Shown: piece after piece, positions 45,101-55,403 of the stretch
How positions within the stretch are numbered: the stretch's first letter is position 1
Layout of the letters: every line of letters starts with the position of its first letter
Origin: Synechococcus sp.
Lineage (GTDB): Bacteria > Cyanobacteriota > Cyanobacteriia > PCC-6307 > Cyanobiaceae
Direction of reading: 5' to 3'
Assembly (NCBI GenBank): GCA_047285305.1
Contig: JBJBDL010000003.1
Location: 1,344,001-1,408,000 of the forward strand
Length of the DNA: 64,000 nt
Made by a program: the position numbers and the translations under genes
Notes under the pieces: generated by a model
Database searches by the model: none
The model's input: the letters and a program-made list of their open reading frames with translations, nothing else
Told to the model about the DNA's origin: nothing

Positions 45101-45665
45101 GTTGCTGGCCCCCATCGGTCTGGGCTCCCTGGAGGAACAGCCCGACAAGGCCAAGGTGAGTGCCATCGCGATGGTGGCTGAAATGCGCCAAGTCACCACC
45201 CGTAAGGGGGATCGCATGGCGATCCTGCAGCTCGAGGATCTCACCGGAAGTTGCGAAGCCGTGGTCTTCCCCAAGAGCTACGCGCGCCTCGCAGATCACC
45301 TGATGGCAGAAGCCCGCCTCTTGGTTTGGGCTGGGGTCGATCGGCGTGACGAGCGGGTGCAGCTGATCATTGATGACTGCCGTGCCGTCGATGAGCTCAA
45401 TCTGCTGCTGGTTCAGCTCCCCTCCGATCAGGCCAGCGACATCGCCATTCAGCACAAGCTGCGGGAATGCCTGAACCAACATCGTCCCGAGCGGGATGAG
45501 CTCGGCGTGAAGGTGCCTGTGGTCGCCGAGGTGTGCCACGGCGACAGCGTTCGCTATGTGCGACTCGGTTCCCAGTTCTGCGTCAAAGACGTTGATGCAG
45601 CGATCGCGTCACTGCGCACTCAATCCTTTGAAGCCCGATGCAGCGAACGTCTGGTGCTCACCTGA
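42147..45665 (+). CDS. dnaE: DNA polymerase III alpha subunit
   Basis: PHP domain [26 protein letters not shown] and FNKSHS. Confidence 0.98.
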   Translation: MAFVPLHNHSDYSLLDGASQLPAMVERAKRLGMPAIALTDHGVMYGAIELLKLCQGTDLKPIIGNEMYVINGSIDDPQPKKEKRYHLVVLAKNATGYRNLVKLTSISHLRGMRGRGIFSRACIDKELLKQHSEGLIIATACLGGEIAQAILRGRPDVARKVAAWYQEVFGDDYYLEIQDHGSPEDRIVNVEIVKIAKELGIQIVATNDAHYLSKQDVEAHDALLCVLTGKLITDEKRLRYTGTEYIKTEEEMGLLFRDHLEPEVVQEAIANTVKVAEKVEPYDILGRYQMPRFPIPEGHTPVSYLREVTEQGLRDRLELSPEAPLPDDYAERMAHELKIMEQMGFPTYFLVVWDYIRFAREQNIPVGPGRGSAAGSLVAYCLGITNIDPITNCLLFERFLNPERKSMPDIDTDFCIERRGEVIDYVTERYGEDKVAQIITFNRMTSKAVLKDVARVLDIPYGDADRLAKLIPVVRGKPAKLKAMIGEESPNPEFREKYEADPTVKRWVDMAMRIEGTNKTFGVHAAGVVIAADPLDELVPLQRNNDGQVITQYFMEDVESMGLLKMDFLGLKNLTMIEKTLELVEVSSGIRVDPDKLPPQDEETFALLARGDLEGIFQLESSGMRQIVRDLKPSSLEDISSILALYRPGPLDAGLIPKFINRKHGRETIDFAHAILEPILSETYGIMVYQEQIMRIAQDLAGYSLGQADLLRRAMGKKKVSEMQKHRGIFVQGAGERGVNEKVADELFDQMVLFAEYCFNKSHSTAYGAVTYQTAYLKAHYPVAYMAALLTVNAGATDKVQRYISNCNAMGIEVMPPDVNASLTDFTPNGDRILFGLSAVRNLGDGAIRQLIAARDSDGPFRSLADLCDRIPSSVLNRRGLESLVHCGALDAMDPQANRAQLMADLDLLLDWASSRAKDRDSGQGNLFDLMAPAADGDGPADLSHAPKAAPVPDYPPTEKLRLEKDLVGFYLSDHPLKQLTPSSKLLAPIGLGSLEEQPDKAKVSAIAMVAEMRQVTTRKGDRMAILQLEDLTGSCEAVVFPKSYARLADHLMAEARLLVWAGVDRRDERVQLIIDDCRAVDELNLLLVQLPSDQASDIAIQHKLRECLNQHRPERDELGVKVPVVAEVCHGDSVRYVRLGSQFCVKDVDAAIASLRTQSFEARCSERLVLT

Positions 45666-45701
45666 TCGTCTGATCAGGAGGGACTGATCCACACAACAGG
45701 A

Positions 45702-46115
45702 TCAGGAGTTCGATTGCTTTTGTTGCTGCTTCTGGGCCCGGATCGACTCCTTCATCCGCTGAATGTTCGGCTTGAAGTTCTCGAAGCCGAGCAGAGAACC
45801 CGGTTCGGGATCCCAGCTGGCGGTCAACACGCCAACGCTGAGGCCCACCAGACCCAGGAGGAAAAACAGGCCGGAACCCGTCAGCGTGAGCCCTGGAGCG
45901 ATATCGGCGATGCCACGGGTGACAACGAAATAACTGCCAACAAAAACTCCCATCCCAGCGAGGGACGGGAGTCCTGTGAAAACAGCAACCCGGCGAGCCA
46001 TCCGATCGGCCACGTAGCGAGGAATGGCTTCCTGCCGAGGCATCCCTGAAGCAGGCTTGTTTCCCTTCCCAGACCCTTTCGGCTCAAAGGGGAGGGCATT
46101 GCGTTGCTCAGGCAT
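45702..46115 (-). CDS. PAM68-family protein
   Basis: IP..VADRMARR, two TM helices and ASWDPEPGSLLG. Confidence 0.9.
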   Translation of the reverse strand: MPEQRNALPFEPKGSGKGNKPASGMPRQEAIPRYVADRMARRVAVFTGLPSLAGMGVFVGSYFVVTRGIADIAPGLTLTGSGLFFLLGLVGLSVGVLTASWDPEPGSLLGFENFKPNIQRMKESIRAQKQQQKQSNS

Positions 46116-46127
46116 GGGTGACGTCGA

Positions 46128-46397
46128 TCAGCCGCGGATGCCCAGTTTGGCGATCGTGTCGGCGTAGCGTTGCTCGCTCTTGCTGCGCATATAGCTCAGC
46201 AGGCGCTTGCGGCGGCCAATCATCTTGAGCAGCCCCTGCCGTGAGGAGAAGTCATGGATGTTGTTCTGCAGGTGGCTGCTGAGACGGTTGATGCGCTCAC
46301 TCAGCATGGCCACCTGGACCTCTGCAGAACCGGTATCGGTGCCGTGGGTCTGGTGGGTGTTGATCAGCTGCTGCTTCTCGGTGGTATCAAGCGACAT
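46128..46397 (-). CDS. rpsO: 30S ribosomal protein S15
   Basis: [30 protein letters not shown]. Confidence 0.98.
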   Translation of the reverse strand: MSLDTTEKQQLINTHQTHGTDTGSAEVQVAMLSERINRLSSHLQNNIHDFSSRQGLLKMIGRRKRLLSYMRSKSEQRYADTIAKLGIRG

Positions 46398-46453
46398 GCG
46401 CGGGGGGCGGCCCTGTCAGTGCAAACGACTAGCTTACCTTCGCGTGGGGCGGC

Positions 46454-47098
46454 TCAGGCTGATTCGCGGCTCAGCCATTGCAGGCAGCCCCGCAGCCAGG
46501 CGTCCTGGTCGTCTCCAGCAGGCGGTTGGCTATCGGCGCCCTCAGCGATCGCACGGATGGCTCGACGGATTTCCAGATCGTCGTAACCCAGCATCGAGAG
46601 GGTCGCTTCCACGTCGGCAACGCTTGCCGGCATCTGCTCCGAGCTGACGCCTTCCGCCAGCGATGGGGCGGGATCCACGCCCGCGAAGGCCGCAATCGAG
46701 GCTCTGAGTTCCACCGCCAGACGCTCAGCGGTGCGTTTGCCGATGCCCTGCGCCTTGCAGAGGCGACGCAGATCACCGCTGCTGATCGCTTCCACCAGCT
46801 CCTGGGGTTTGCATTCCTGCATCAGCGCCAGACCGGCCTGGGGGCCAACACCGCTGACGCTGATCAGCAGCCGGAACAGATCCCGCTCCTGGCGCAGGGG
46901 AAAGCCGTAGAGGCTGCTGCCGTCCTCCCGCTGCACCTGATGAATCCACAGGTTCAGGTCGCCATCCGCCGGAAGGTTCTGCTGATGCCGCTCGGTCAGG
47001 TGCACCTCATATCCGACCCCACCGCAGAGCAGCAGAACGCCGCTACGGTTGCCTTGAGTCCAGCACTCCATCGGTCGTCCCTGCAGCCAGCCGATCAT
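46454..47098 (-). CDS. ruvA: Holliday junction branch migration protein
   Basis: MIGWLQG, GVGYEV, LYGF, VSGVGP and GIGKRTAER. Confidence 0.95.
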   Translation of the reverse strand: MIGWLQGRPMECWTQGNRSGVLLLCGGVGYEVHLTERHQQNLPADGDLNLWIHQVQREDGSSLYGFPLRQERDLFRLLISVSGVGPQAGLALMQECKPQELVEAISSGDLRRLCKAQGIGKRTAERLAVELRASIAAFAGVDPAPSLAEGVSSEQMPASVADVEATLSMLGYDDLEIRRAIRAIAEGADSQPPAGDDQDAWLRGCLQWLSRESA

Positions 47099-47582
47099 GG
47101 GGAGAGGTTTCAACCGCGTCATGTTGCCGCAGCTGTCATTGCCTGTCTCTGCTTTCAAGCGCGTTGTGCGTCGTTTGCTTCAGGTGCTGTGCGTTCTATC
47201 GATCGTGGTTTCACTGACGGCATGCAATGGATCTCAGCCGCCACGGGCTCTACTGAATGAGGCGCTGGCCTTGCAGATTCAGCTCACCCAGTCGGCCATT
47301 GCCAGCTCCCTCGATCTCACCCCGATGCCCATCGCCCCAAGCGTGAGTCGGGTGCGGGTGGAGGACCAGGAAAGTTTTGCCCTGGGTGACGAGCAGGGCC
47401 TCAGGATTTCAGGCCGCTTCGACTGGCAGCTGCCCGGCGACCGTGTGCAGGTGGATAGCCCGTTTGAACTGTTTCTGCAGCGGGGCTCCCGTGGTCAGAG
47501 CTGGCGCCTGGCCAGACCCAAGGGTGGATCCGACGACCGCCAGGCCTGGCTGACGTACCCCCTGGGTTTGGAAAAAGCCTGA
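47097..47582 (+). CDS. hypothetical lipoprotein (start uncertain)
   Basis: Hydrophobic segment ending in lipobox LTAC. Confidence 0.7.
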   Translation: MGRGFNRVMLPQLSLPVSAFKRVVRRLLQVLCVLSIVVSLTACNGSQPPRALLNEALALQIQLTQSAIASSLDLTPMPIAPSVSRVRVEDQESFALGDEQGLRISGRFDWQLPGDRVQVDSPFELFLQRGSRGQSWRLARPKGGSDDRQAWLTYPLGLEKA

Positions 47583-47585
47583 GCT

Positions 47586-48476
47586 CTAACGTCGCGCCGA
47601 CAGGCTGATTAGGGTGGCGGCCAGCACCAGCATCCCGCCGCACACCTGCCAGGCATTGATCGTTTCTGCGAACCACAGCCAGCCCCAGCCTGCGGCAAAG
47701 ACCACCTGCACGTAGTTGATCGATGTGGCTCGGGCGGCGGGCAGGCAGCGGAGGCCCTCGGTCACCCAAATCTGGCCCAGCTGGGTCATCACCCCGACCC
47801 CCAGGAGCCAGAACCATTCGATGCCTTGGGGCCTGACCCCTTGCTGCAGCACCCAGGGCAGAGTCAGTGGAACCGAGATCATCGGGAAATAGAGGATGAT
47901 CACCAAGGGGTGCTCGGTTTGCGACAGCCGCCGCACACTCACGTAGGCCAGGGCGGTCATCAGAGCGCCACCAATGCCGATCAGGGCAGGGATCAGTTGC
48001 GCAGGTTGGGCTGTTCCCGTGAGCCACTGCGGTTGCACCACCAGGGTGACGCCGATCCAGCCCAGCAGAACCGCTGCACTGATGCGTCGGCGCAGGGGCT
48101 CGCCCAGCAGCAACAGCGCTGCCACGGCGGTGAAGGTGGGGTAGGTGTACTGGAGCACCGTCGCTGAAGCGAGCGGCAGCTGGTCAATCGCTTCGAAGAA
48201 GCAGAGCAGGGCCAAGCTGCCCAGCACCCCCCGCGCCGCCAGCAGCCCCCGTCGCTGGCCCCACGGGGAGACCCCGGCCAGGCGCAGGCCCACAGCGGTC
48301 AGAACGATGCTGATTAGGGCCCGGCACAGCACGATTTCCGCCACCGGAAGCCGACTGTTCAGTTGCTTGACGCAGACCGTCATCAGGCTGAAGGCCAGGG
48401 AGCTCAGGATCAGGGCTCGGCTGCCCCGTACCGATTCCCGGTTCCACCAGGGCTGTGGGGTCTGCGGTTCGGCCAT
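47586..48476 (-). CDS. DMT/EamA-family transporter
   Basis: About 10 TM helices in two EamA-like repeats. Confidence 0.9.
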   Translation of the reverse strand: MAEPQTPQPWWNRESVRGSRALILSSLAFSLMTVCVKQLNSRLPVAEIVLCRALISIVLTAVGLRLAGVSPWGQRRGLLAARGVLGSLALLCFFEAIDQLPLASATVLQYTYPTFTAVAALLLLGEPLRRRISAAVLLGWIGVTLVVQPQWLTGTAQPAQLIPALIGIGGALMTALAYVSVRRLSQTEHPLVIILYFPMISVPLTLPWVLQQGVRPQGIEWFWLLGVGVMTQLGQIWVTEGLRCLPAARATSINYVQVVFAAGWGWLWFAETINAWQVCGGMLVLAATLISLSARR

Positions 48477-48529
48477 GTCTGTTCTGATGACGGGGTGCAC
48501 GGAACCCTGCGACTTCGCAGAATGGACCG

Positions 48530-50578
48530 ATGGTGAACGCCCGCCTGCACCCAAGAACGATCGAGGCCGTCAAGGAACGGGCCGACATCGTTGATGTGGT
48601 GGGCGAGCACGTGGTGCTCAAGAAGAAGGGACGGGAATTCGTCGGGATCTGTCCGTTCCATGACGACAGCAAACCGTCGATGACGGTGTCGCCCGCCAAG
48701 CAGTTCTACTACTGCTTCTCCTGTGGTGCTGGCGGCAACTCCATCAAGTTCCTGATGGAGTTCCAGCGCCAGAGTTTCAGCGATGTGGTGCTGGATCTGG
48801 CGCGGCGTTATCAGCTGCCGATCGAGACGGTGGATGGTCCGCAGCAGGAACGGCTGCGGCAACAATTGTCCCGCAGGGACAAGCTGCAGCGCGCCCTGGC
48901 CCTGGCTGCCGGTTGGTTTCGCAGCCAGTTGATGGCGCCTGCTGGCGCAGAGGCCCTCATGTACCTCAGTGAGGCCAGAGGGTTGAGTCCCGCCACCCAG
49001 GAGACCTTCCAACTCGGTTATGCGCCGGATCAGTGGGATGGTCTGCTGAAGCATCTTCAACAGGTTGAGGGGCTGGCACCTGAGCTTCTGGAGGCTGCTG
49101 GGCTGGTGGTTCCTCGCAAGGGCGGCAACGGGTTCTATGACCGCTTCCGCCATCGGGTCATGGTGCCGATCCATGACCGTCAGGGCCGGGTGATCGGTTT
49201 CGGGGGACGCAGCCTTGATGGCAGCGAACCCAAATACCTCAACTCCCCCGAGACCGAAGTGTTCGAGAAGGGGAAGCATCTGTTCGGTCTCGACAAGGCC
49301 TCTAATGCCATCCGCAAGGACGACAGGGCGGTGGTGGTGGAGGGCTATTTCGATGTGATTGCCCTGCATGCCGCCGGCATCACCAACGCTGTGGCCTCCC
49401 TCGGCACGGCTCTGAGCAGTCAGCAGATCACCCAGTTGTGCCGCGTCAGCGACAGCAAGCGGATCGTTCTGAATTTCGACGCCGACGGCGCCGGTGTCCG
49501 TGCAGCCAATCGGGCCATCGGCGAGGTGGAGCAGCTGGCGATGCAGGGCCAGCTGGAGCTGCGGGTTCTGCACCTTCCTTCAGGCAAGGACCCCGATGAG
49601 TTCCTCAAACAGAACGGGGCCGGCGATTACCGCGCTCTGCTCGATCAGGCCCCCCTCTGGCTGGATTGGCAGATCGAGCAGGTGCTGGAGGAGCGTGATC
49701 TCAGCCGGGCCGACCAGTTCCAACAGGCGGTCACGGCCCTGGTGGGGCTGCTGGGCAAACTGCCCCAGTCCGCCGTGCGCACCCACTACCTCCAACGGGT
49801 GGCAGAGCGCCTCAGTGGTGGCCAGGGACGCCTGGCGCTTCAGCTCGAGGACGACCTGCGGCAGCAGGTGAAAGGCCAGCGTTGGCATGGGCGCTCCAGC
49901 CGTCACGAGCAGCCCGGTGAATCCGGACAGCGGGAGCGCTGTGAGGCCGATCTGCTGCGGCTGTATCTGCACTGCCCCCGGCATCGGGCCACGATTCGCC
50001 AGGAACTGCGCAAACGCGAACTAGAGGATTTCGCCATTCCCCATCACCGCCATCTCTGGGCGGCCATTACGGATCTCGAGGAGACCAACCTGGGTGAGGG
50101 GCGCATGGAGTCGATCAGTCGTTGCGACGACGACGGCGAGGGTCTGGATCTCATCGATCTGCCCCGCTTGCTCACCGATCAGCTTCTGCTGGAGAGCAGT
50201 GCGCTGGTGTCTCGCCTGACGCCCCTTTTGGAGCCAGGTGAATTGCAGCGTGTTGCCCTGGCGGAGCCCCTGGAGCAGCTGCGGGGCATTGCTGCCCTGC
50301 TGGAGCGTCAGAAAAGCTTGAAGCGCTGCCGGCACCTATTGGAGGCCTGGGGCGGCCAGCGTCTGCAAACCCTGGAATCCTGCATCGCTGTTCTGATTGA
50401 TCAGGAGGCTTCGTCAGATCAGGCCTCCGTGGACATGGAGGTGCGGATTCAGGCCCTCTTCGATGACCTCAACCGTGATGCGCTGCGCTACCAGGCGTTG
50501 TATTACACCGAGCGAAAACACATCGGCCATCTGGATCAGCAACGTTGCGCCAGTTACACCGTTCCCCCGGCCGCCTGA
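48530..50578 (+). CDS. dnaG: DNA primase
   Basis: CPFH..CFSC zinc finger, KYLNSPET, VEGYFDV, FDAD and KDPDE. Confidence 0.98.
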   Translation: MVNARLHPRTIEAVKERADIVDVVGEHVVLKKKGREFVGICPFHDDSKPSMTVSPAKQFYYCFSCGAGGNSIKFLMEFQRQSFSDVVLDLARRYQLPIETVDGPQQERLRQQLSRRDKLQRALALAAGWFRSQLMAPAGAEALMYLSEARGLSPATQETFQLGYAPDQWDGLLKHLQQVEGLAPELLEAAGLVVPRKGGNGFYDRFRHRVMVPIHDRQGRVIGFGGRSLDGSEPKYLNSPETEVFEKGKHLFGLDKASNAIRKDDRAVVVEGYFDVIALHAAGITNAVASLGTALSSQQITQLCRVSDSKRIVLNFDADGAGVRAANRAIGEVEQLAMQGQLELRVLHLPSGKDPDEFLKQNGAGDYRALLDQAPLWLDWQIEQVLEERDLSRADQFQQAVTALVGLLGKLPQSAVRTHYLQRVAERLSGGQGRLALQLEDDLRQQVKGQRWHGRSSRHEQPGESGQRERCEADLLRLYLHCPRHRATIRQELRKRELEDFAIPHHRHLWAAITDLEETNLGEGRMESISRCDDDGEGLDLIDLPRLLTDQLLLESSALVSRLTPLLEPGELQRVALAEPLEQLRGIAALLERQKSLKRCRHLLEAWGGQRLQTLESCIAVLIDQEASSDQASVDMEVRIQALFDDLNRDALRYQALYYTERKHIGHLDQQRCASYTVPPAA

Positions 50579-50633
50579 GCCATGGGCCGGTGGTCTGGGC
50601 AAACTGCATCAGGATCTGTTCCTCGAGTTGAAG

Positions 50634-50891
50634 ATGTCTGAATTCTTCGAAGCGATCTGGCACGGTGAGGGCGTCGGCGACGGCGGTGATCTGGAGGAAG
50701 CGCTGCAGGCCTACGTCGCGGTGAAGCCGGAGGAGGGGGATTGGGTTGAGGCTTGCGCCGCCGAGGGGGCCGACCCTGTGATCGAGCGCTTCGCCTCGTT
50801 TGACGCCTACCTCGACAATGCTGATCCGCTTGAGCGCATTGCCGTCACCCCGCAGATGATCAGCGAAGCCCTTGCGTTGTTGCCGTCCTGA
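50634..50891 (+). CDS. acidic hypothetical protein (85 aa)
   Basis: ATG MSEFFEAIWHGEG; host-like codon usage; stop overlaps the next start. Confidence 0.75.
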   Translation: MSEFFEAIWHGEGVGDGGDLEEALQAYVAVKPEEGDWVEACAAEGADPVIERFASFDAYLDNADPLERIAVTPQMISEALALLPS

Positions 50892-51187
50892 TGACTGATT
50901 TGCAGCTGGATTTCGCCGCGCTCGATCCGGTCAACCACCTCTGGCCGGCCTTCGTGGAGCGTCTGGGTTCCGAGAAGGCTCAGCGGGCTGTTCGTCAGGC
51001 GCTGGATCTGCAGGGCATGCGAGGGCATCAGGGCACCCTGCCGGTGCTTTTCACTGAAACCGGAGGACTGGCGTTGGCCAGCACCGATCTGGTGCGGGAG
51101 CAGACGGGTCTCAACGCCCACGGCGAGCGGATGGTCTTGTTGCTCAGTACCCGTGAGCAGGTCATCCAGTTGCTGCAGGAGGTTTGA
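50891..51187 (+). CDS. hypothetical protein (98 aa)
   Basis: TGATG coupling with the upstream ORF. Confidence 0.75.
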   Translation: MTDLQLDFAALDPVNHLWPAFVERLGSEKAQRAVRQALDLQGMRGHQGTLPVLFTETGGLALASTDLVREQTGLNAHGERMVLLLSTREQVIQLLQEV

Positions 51188-51208
51188 GGCCTGGCCCAAC
51201 GCTGTGGG

Positions 51209-52483
51209 TCAGGCCTTCACCACCGGTAGATCCTGCAGACGGGTGGTGGCGGCGCGGCTGAGTTGCTCACGCCGCATCAACCAACTGGGCTGCAGTCCGC
51301 AACCGGCCCATTGCAGGGTTCCACGCCCGTAACGCCGATTGATCCGGTCGATGGTCTGCATCAGGCACTCCCGTTTCTGCTGCTGCTCCTCACTCATCGG
51401 CACCATCAGATGGGTCTGCAGGATGTCGTGGCTCTGCAGGTGCTGCATCAGCACGCCGGCCTTGGCCAATGGACGGTGGGGGCGAAAGATCCGTGCCACC
51501 AAGGGGCGTGCCGCCTCCAGCAGCACGGCTGTGTCATTGCTCGGTAGGTCCAGCTGCGTGCTGGCGGCTTGGCTGTAAAACCCAGGAGCGAACGGGCTGG
51601 TGCGCGTGTAGACGGTGAGCGCTGCCGCCCGTTGCCGTTGTTTGCGCAATTTCTCGGCGGCGCGCACCACATAGGTGGCGATGGCCTGGTGCAGCTCCTC
51701 CTGGCTGGTGATGGGTCGACTGAAACTGCGGCTCACGCAGGTTTCTTGCTTCGGTGCTGGTGCCAGCTCCAGCGGCAGGCAGGCATGGCCTCGCAGCTCC
51801 CGTTGCAGTCGCAGACCCACCACGCCGCATTTGGCGCGCAGTTCACCGCTTGGCATGTCCCGGAGGTGTCGTGCGTTGCTGACGCCCCGCAGGCGACACC
51901 AATGGGCCAGTTGTCGACCGATTCCCCAGACATCCTCGATCGCAATGGTTTCCAGCCAGCGATCGGGGTTGTCGCACTGGCCCAGGTCGAACATCCCGCC
52001 ATGGTCTGGGGTCTGTTTGGCCAGGCGATTGGCCAGCTTGGCCTGGGCCTTGCTGGCTCCTAGGCCGATGGCGATCGGTAGGCCGAGGTTCTGCCGTGCC
52101 CGTGCCCGCAGCTGGCGGGCCCAGCCCTGCAGGTCGCCATCGCGGGGACGACGAATTCTCCCGAAGGCCTCGTCAATCGAATACACCTCCAGCTCTTCAC
52201 AGTGGGCCTCAAGCAGGCTCATCATGCGCTGGCTCATGTCGGCATAGAGGGCGTAGTTCGAACTGCGCACCACCACGTTGTGCCGTTCAAGCTCCCGGCG
52301 CGCCTTGAAGTACGGCGTCCCCATGCGGATGCCGAGGGCACGGGCTTCGGCACTGCGCGCAACGATGCAGCCGTCGTTGTTGGACAGCACCACCACGGGG
52401 TGACCGATCAGAGCCGGATCCAGGCTCTGTTCGCAGGAGGCATAGAAGTTGTTTCCATCGATCAGGGCCGTGGCCTGAGGCAT
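51209..52483 (-). CDS. umuC: Y-family DNA polymerase V subunit
   Basis: IDGNNFYASCE, VVLSNNDGC, SSNYALY, YSIDEAF and C-terminal W.MRRE.LS...TT. Confidence 0.95.
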   Translation of the reverse strand: MPQATALIDGNNFYASCEQSLDPALIGHPVVVLSNNDGCIVARSAEARALGIRMGTPYFKARRELERHNVVVRSSNYALYADMSQRMMSLLEAHCEELEVYSIDEAFGRIRRPRDGDLQGWARQLRARARQNLGLPIAIGLGASKAQAKLANRLAKQTPDHGGMFDLGQCDNPDRWLETIAIEDVWGIGRQLAHWCRLRGVSNARHLRDMPSGELRAKCGVVGLRLQRELRGHACLPLELAPAPKQETCVSRSFSRPITSQEELHQAIATYVVRAAEKLRKQRQRAAALTVYTRTSPFAPGFYSQAASTQLDLPSNDTAVLLEAARPLVARIFRPHRPLAKAGVLMQHLQSHDILQTHLMVPMSEEQQQKRECLMQTIDRINRRYGRGTLQWAGCGLQPSWLMRREQLSRAATTRLQDLPVVKA

Positions 52484-52495
52484 GGCGATGTCGCT

Positions 52496-52927
52496 TCAGA
52501 GCGGATGGATCACGTGGATGGCGACGCCCCAGATCTGCACTTCGCCGCAGCGGTGAAGCTCCAGTGGCGGATAGTCCGGATGGGCGGCTTCCAGGCGCAA
52601 CCGGCCGCGATGACGCATCAGGCGTTTGAGGGTGAAGGCACCGTCGAGCACAGCCACAACCACCTGGCCCGGGCGCGGGTCGAGGCTGCGATCAACCACC
52701 AGAAGATCGCCGTCGTGGATGCCGGCGTCGGTCATCGATTCGCCGCTCACATGCAGGAAAAAGGTGCTGGTGGGATGCCGGATCAGCTGTTCATTGAGGT
52801 CGATCCCCACGTCGACGTAGTCATCGGCGGGGGACGGGAAGCCAGCGGCGACCCGTTCCCCGGCCAGGGGCAGCGTGAGCCGACTGCGCTTGGGCTGCAG
52901 GGGAAGCGGTCTGTGTTGGAGCTCCAC
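52496..52927 (-). CDS. umuD: UmuD (S24 peptidase)
   Basis: AAGFPSPA cleavage site, V.GESM and FTLKRL. Confidence 0.94.
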   Translation of the reverse strand: MELQHRPLPLQPKRSRLTLPLAGERVAAGFPSPADDYVDVGIDLNEQLIRHPTSTFFLHVSGESMTDAGIHDGDLLVVDRSLDPRPGQVVVAVLDGAFTLKRLMRHRGRLRLEAAHPDYPPLELHRCGEVQIWGVAIHVIHPL

Positions 52928-52951
52928 GGCAGCAGCGACAACTGGCTAAAT

Positions 52952-52965
52952 AGTACGTATGTACT
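52952..52965. promoter_or_regulatory. cyanobacterial LexA box
   Basis: Palindrome AGTAC-GTAT-GTACT about 25 bp upstream of umuD. Confidence 0.85.
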
Positions 52966-53012
52966 GTTCGCTATGGGGGGGATCCGGTGAGGATGGTGGC
53001 CTTCGACATCTG

Positions 53013-53405
53013 GTGTTGGCTGACTCCCCTTACCTCGTGGCCATGGCGCTGATCGATCAGCAGGGCCGGCGCGCCCTGCCCCTGGGGGGGCGGTCTCAGA
53101 AAGAGGTGGCTCCGCAGGGTGAGGCCCCGGAGGCGTTGGGCCATGCACTGGTGCTGGAGCTGTTGCTGCGGGTGTGGCAGCGCAGTGATCAGGGTGTGCT
53201 GCAGCGTGCGGCTGGAGCCGACAGCCTGCTGCTGGTGGAGCTGCCGATGGAACGGCTGCCGGAGGACGTGCCCAGGCTCAAGGCGGACTGGTTGAACACG
53301 GGGGATACGGCCGCATTCAAAGTGGGATTGCAGGCTTTCTCCCCGCGGGCCTGGACGGTTTCGATCGAAAAATTCAAGCCGGTGGCTCTGCAGCCGTTGT
53401 GGTGA
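53013..53405 (+). CDS. hypothetical protein
   Basis: About 130 aa, divergent from umuD; GTG/TTG start inferred. Confidence 0.75.
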   Translation: MLADSPYLVAMALIDQQGRRALPLGGRSQKEVAPQGEAPEALGHALVLELLLRVWQRSDQGVLQRAAGADSLLLVELPMERLPEDVPRLKADWLNTGDTAAFKVGLQAFSPRAWTVSIEKFKPVALQPLW

Positions 53406-53973
53406 GGGGCGCTTGCTCCAAGATGTTCACGGCCACGGAATAGCGCTCCCCTTAGAACGGGTTGATCCGATGCGGGATGCCGGGGGAGAACAGCACCAGG
53501 CGATTCACCACCGGTGGGACCGAGATCACCGAGCGGAATGTGGGTAACGGTCCCTGGTATCCGTTCTCGATCGGAGGGTTGTCGGCCACCAGCAGTTCGC
53601 CGCCAGCGCAGCTCACGTGGGGATAGAACACGGTGGACAGCAACAAAAGCAGGAAACGGCCGCTGCGTCGACCTTCCAGCTCGTCCTTGTCGATTTGCCA
53701 GTCGAGATCGTTGTTGGTGTTGCACCACCACTCGACTCCGGCCCGCCGGGATGCGAACGGTGTTGCCAGAGGGAGCAGGGCCTCGTCGAGGTAGTGATCG
53801 ACGGCGGCTTGCTGAGCAGCTGCGTGAATCGAGCGGGGAGAACCGGTTTCGGGTCGCCAGCTGAATTGAGCATCACCGTCGTGTTCCTCGTGGAGTCGCC
53901 AGTGGATGTCACAGAGGTCGCGTAGGTCCTGAAGGGCGCTGGCGGGCAGAAGGTTGTCGATGATGTGCAGCAT
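53374..53973 (-). pseudogene. disrupted 2OG-Fe(II) oxygenase
   Basis: GVEWW, GGEL, NRLVLF and HRI motifs; TAA at 53452-53454 followed in frame by GERYSVAVNI. Confidence 0.75.
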
Positions 53974-54009
53974 GGTCGTGGCTGAGAGATCAGCGACCAT
54001 CGCCGAACC

Positions 54010-54444
54010 CTAGGCACGGTGATAAGGGCTGCCTTGAACAATCGCCTGGGCTCGGAACAGTTGTTCTACGAGCATCAGCCGCGCCAGTTCGTGGGGGAAG
54101 GTCATCGGTGAAAGGCTCAGGCGCCATTTGGCCTGTGCCTTGAGCTCAGCCGTCAGACCGTCGGCGCCACCAATCACGAAGGCCAGCCGCTGGTTGCCGA
54201 ATTGCTCGAGTCGTCGCGCGAAGGGAACCGACGCCAAGGTGTCGCCCTGTTCCATCAGCGCAATCAGGGTTTCATCGGGTCGCAGGGCCGCTCTGATGGC
54301 ATCGGCTTCCTTGTCTGGAGTGCAGTCGCGCAGTTCGCTGATGGTCAACCCAGGCAGGCGTTTGAGGTAGAGGTCAATGCCGTCCTGAATCCAGCCACGA
54401 CGCACTTTGCCTACCGCAAGAATCCGGCAACGGGCCGGGTTCAA
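54010..54444 (-). CDS. rlmH: 23S rRNA pseudouridine-1915 N3-methyltransferase
   Basis: [27 protein letters not shown] and PYHR. Confidence 0.95.
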   Translation of the reverse strand: MNPARCRILAVGKVRRGWIQDGIDLYLKRLPGLTISELRDCTPDKEADAIRAALRPDETLIALMEQGDTLASVPFARRLEQFGNQRLAFVIGGADGLTAELKAQAKWRLSLSPMTFPHELARLMLVEQLFRAQAIVQGSPYHRA

Positions 54445-54869
54445 ACGTCGTCTCCCTCATCCTCGAGCAGCAGCTGCCCGAAAGCCACGTAGAGGCTTTC
54501 CTCCTCGCTGCCCGGGTCCACCTTCGGCCGTTTCGGCTGGGTGTTTTTTCCCGGTCCTGGATGGCTGCGCGCTGGTGCGGCAAGGGCTGGGGTGGTGTCG
54601 TTGCTGTTGAACGGCGATGGTTGAGTCGATGGTTTGCGTTGGGCCTCCAACTGTTTGAGCCGGTCCATCAGGTGCTCAGGAACGGTGCCGTCCTGGCTGG
54701 CCTTCATCAGTTCCCGGAAGAGCTCCTCGGGGTTCTTCTCGGTTTCAACGCGATGGCGCACCTGGCTGGCTTTGGGAGCTGCCGCAGGCTTCTCCGGTTC
54801 CGGCAGACGTGCGGGGAGCTGGCGCCCCAACTCACGCAGGCGCTCGAGGCTGCGGGGATCAAAACTCAT
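54441..54869 (-). CDS. hypothetical protein
   Basis: 142-aa ORF in an operon-like arrangement with its neighbours. Confidence 0.8.
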   Translation of the reverse strand: MSFDPRSLERLRELGRQLPARLPEPEKPAAAPKASQVRHRVETEKNPEELFRELMKASQDGTVPEHLMDRLKQLEAQRKPSTQPSPFNSNDTTPALAAPARSHPGPGKNTQPKRPKVDPGSEEESLYVAFGQLLLEDEGDDV

Positions 54870-54872
54870 GGT

Positions 54873-55373
54873 TCAAGCGCAACCGAGACTCTCGCGGGTG
54901 CTGCGGCCCGTGACGGAATTCGTTCCGTCGGCAACGGCGCAGAGGCTTTTGAGTTGGTCCCCGCGCATGGGAACGTCTGTAAAGTCGGCTCCCGTGATCA
55001 ACACATCGCTGAAGCGGGTGTTGAAGGCAAAGGCCCCCTCCAGCACGGCATCTTCAAGGTTGGTGCCTGTCATCACAGCGGCGTCCAGGGTGGCTTCGCG
55101 CAGGTCGGTGCCGCTGAGGTCGGCATCCTGCAGCTTGGCGCCATACAGGCTGGCTCCCCGCAGATCCGATCCGGACAGGTTGGCTTCGCGCAGGTTGCTG
55201 AGGTTGAAGGTGGCCCCCCGCAGGTCTTTGTTGGAATAGTCGGCCCCGATCAGCACCTGTTTCGCCACATCCATCGCGGCGTGGGCCGGAGCCGCCAACA
55301 GCCACTGGCATGAGAACACCACCAGAGAGATAAATACGGCCGTGAAGCGTCTGCGCATGATCGGAACCATCAC
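54873..55373 (-). CDS. pentapeptide repeat protein with signal peptide
   Basis: A(D/N)LXX repeats; AHA cleavage motif. Confidence 0.92.
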   Translation of the reverse strand: MMVPIMRRRFTAVFISLVVFSCQWLLAAPAHAAMDVAKQVLIGADYSNKDLRGATFNLSNLREANLSGSDLRGASLYGAKLQDADLSGTDLREATLDAAVMTGTNLEDAVLEGAFAFNTRFSDVLITGADFTDVPMRGDQLKSLCAVADGTNSVTGRSTRESLGCA

Positions 55374-55403
55374 CGCCGAACCCTAGAACCGTTTCAGGGG
55401 GGA

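Noticed and set aside
42147..45665. Split or intein-containing DnaE, as in many freshwater cyanobacteria
   Set aside because: The ORF is continuous and the usual insertion site reads AEY-CFNKSH with no intein.
51209..52927. umuDC as the marker of a mobile element
   Set aside because: It is flanked by core genes, has host-like composition, a native LexA box and no mobility functions.
55060..55240. Periodic repeats on the minus strand
   Set aside because: Explained by pentapeptide-repeat coding.
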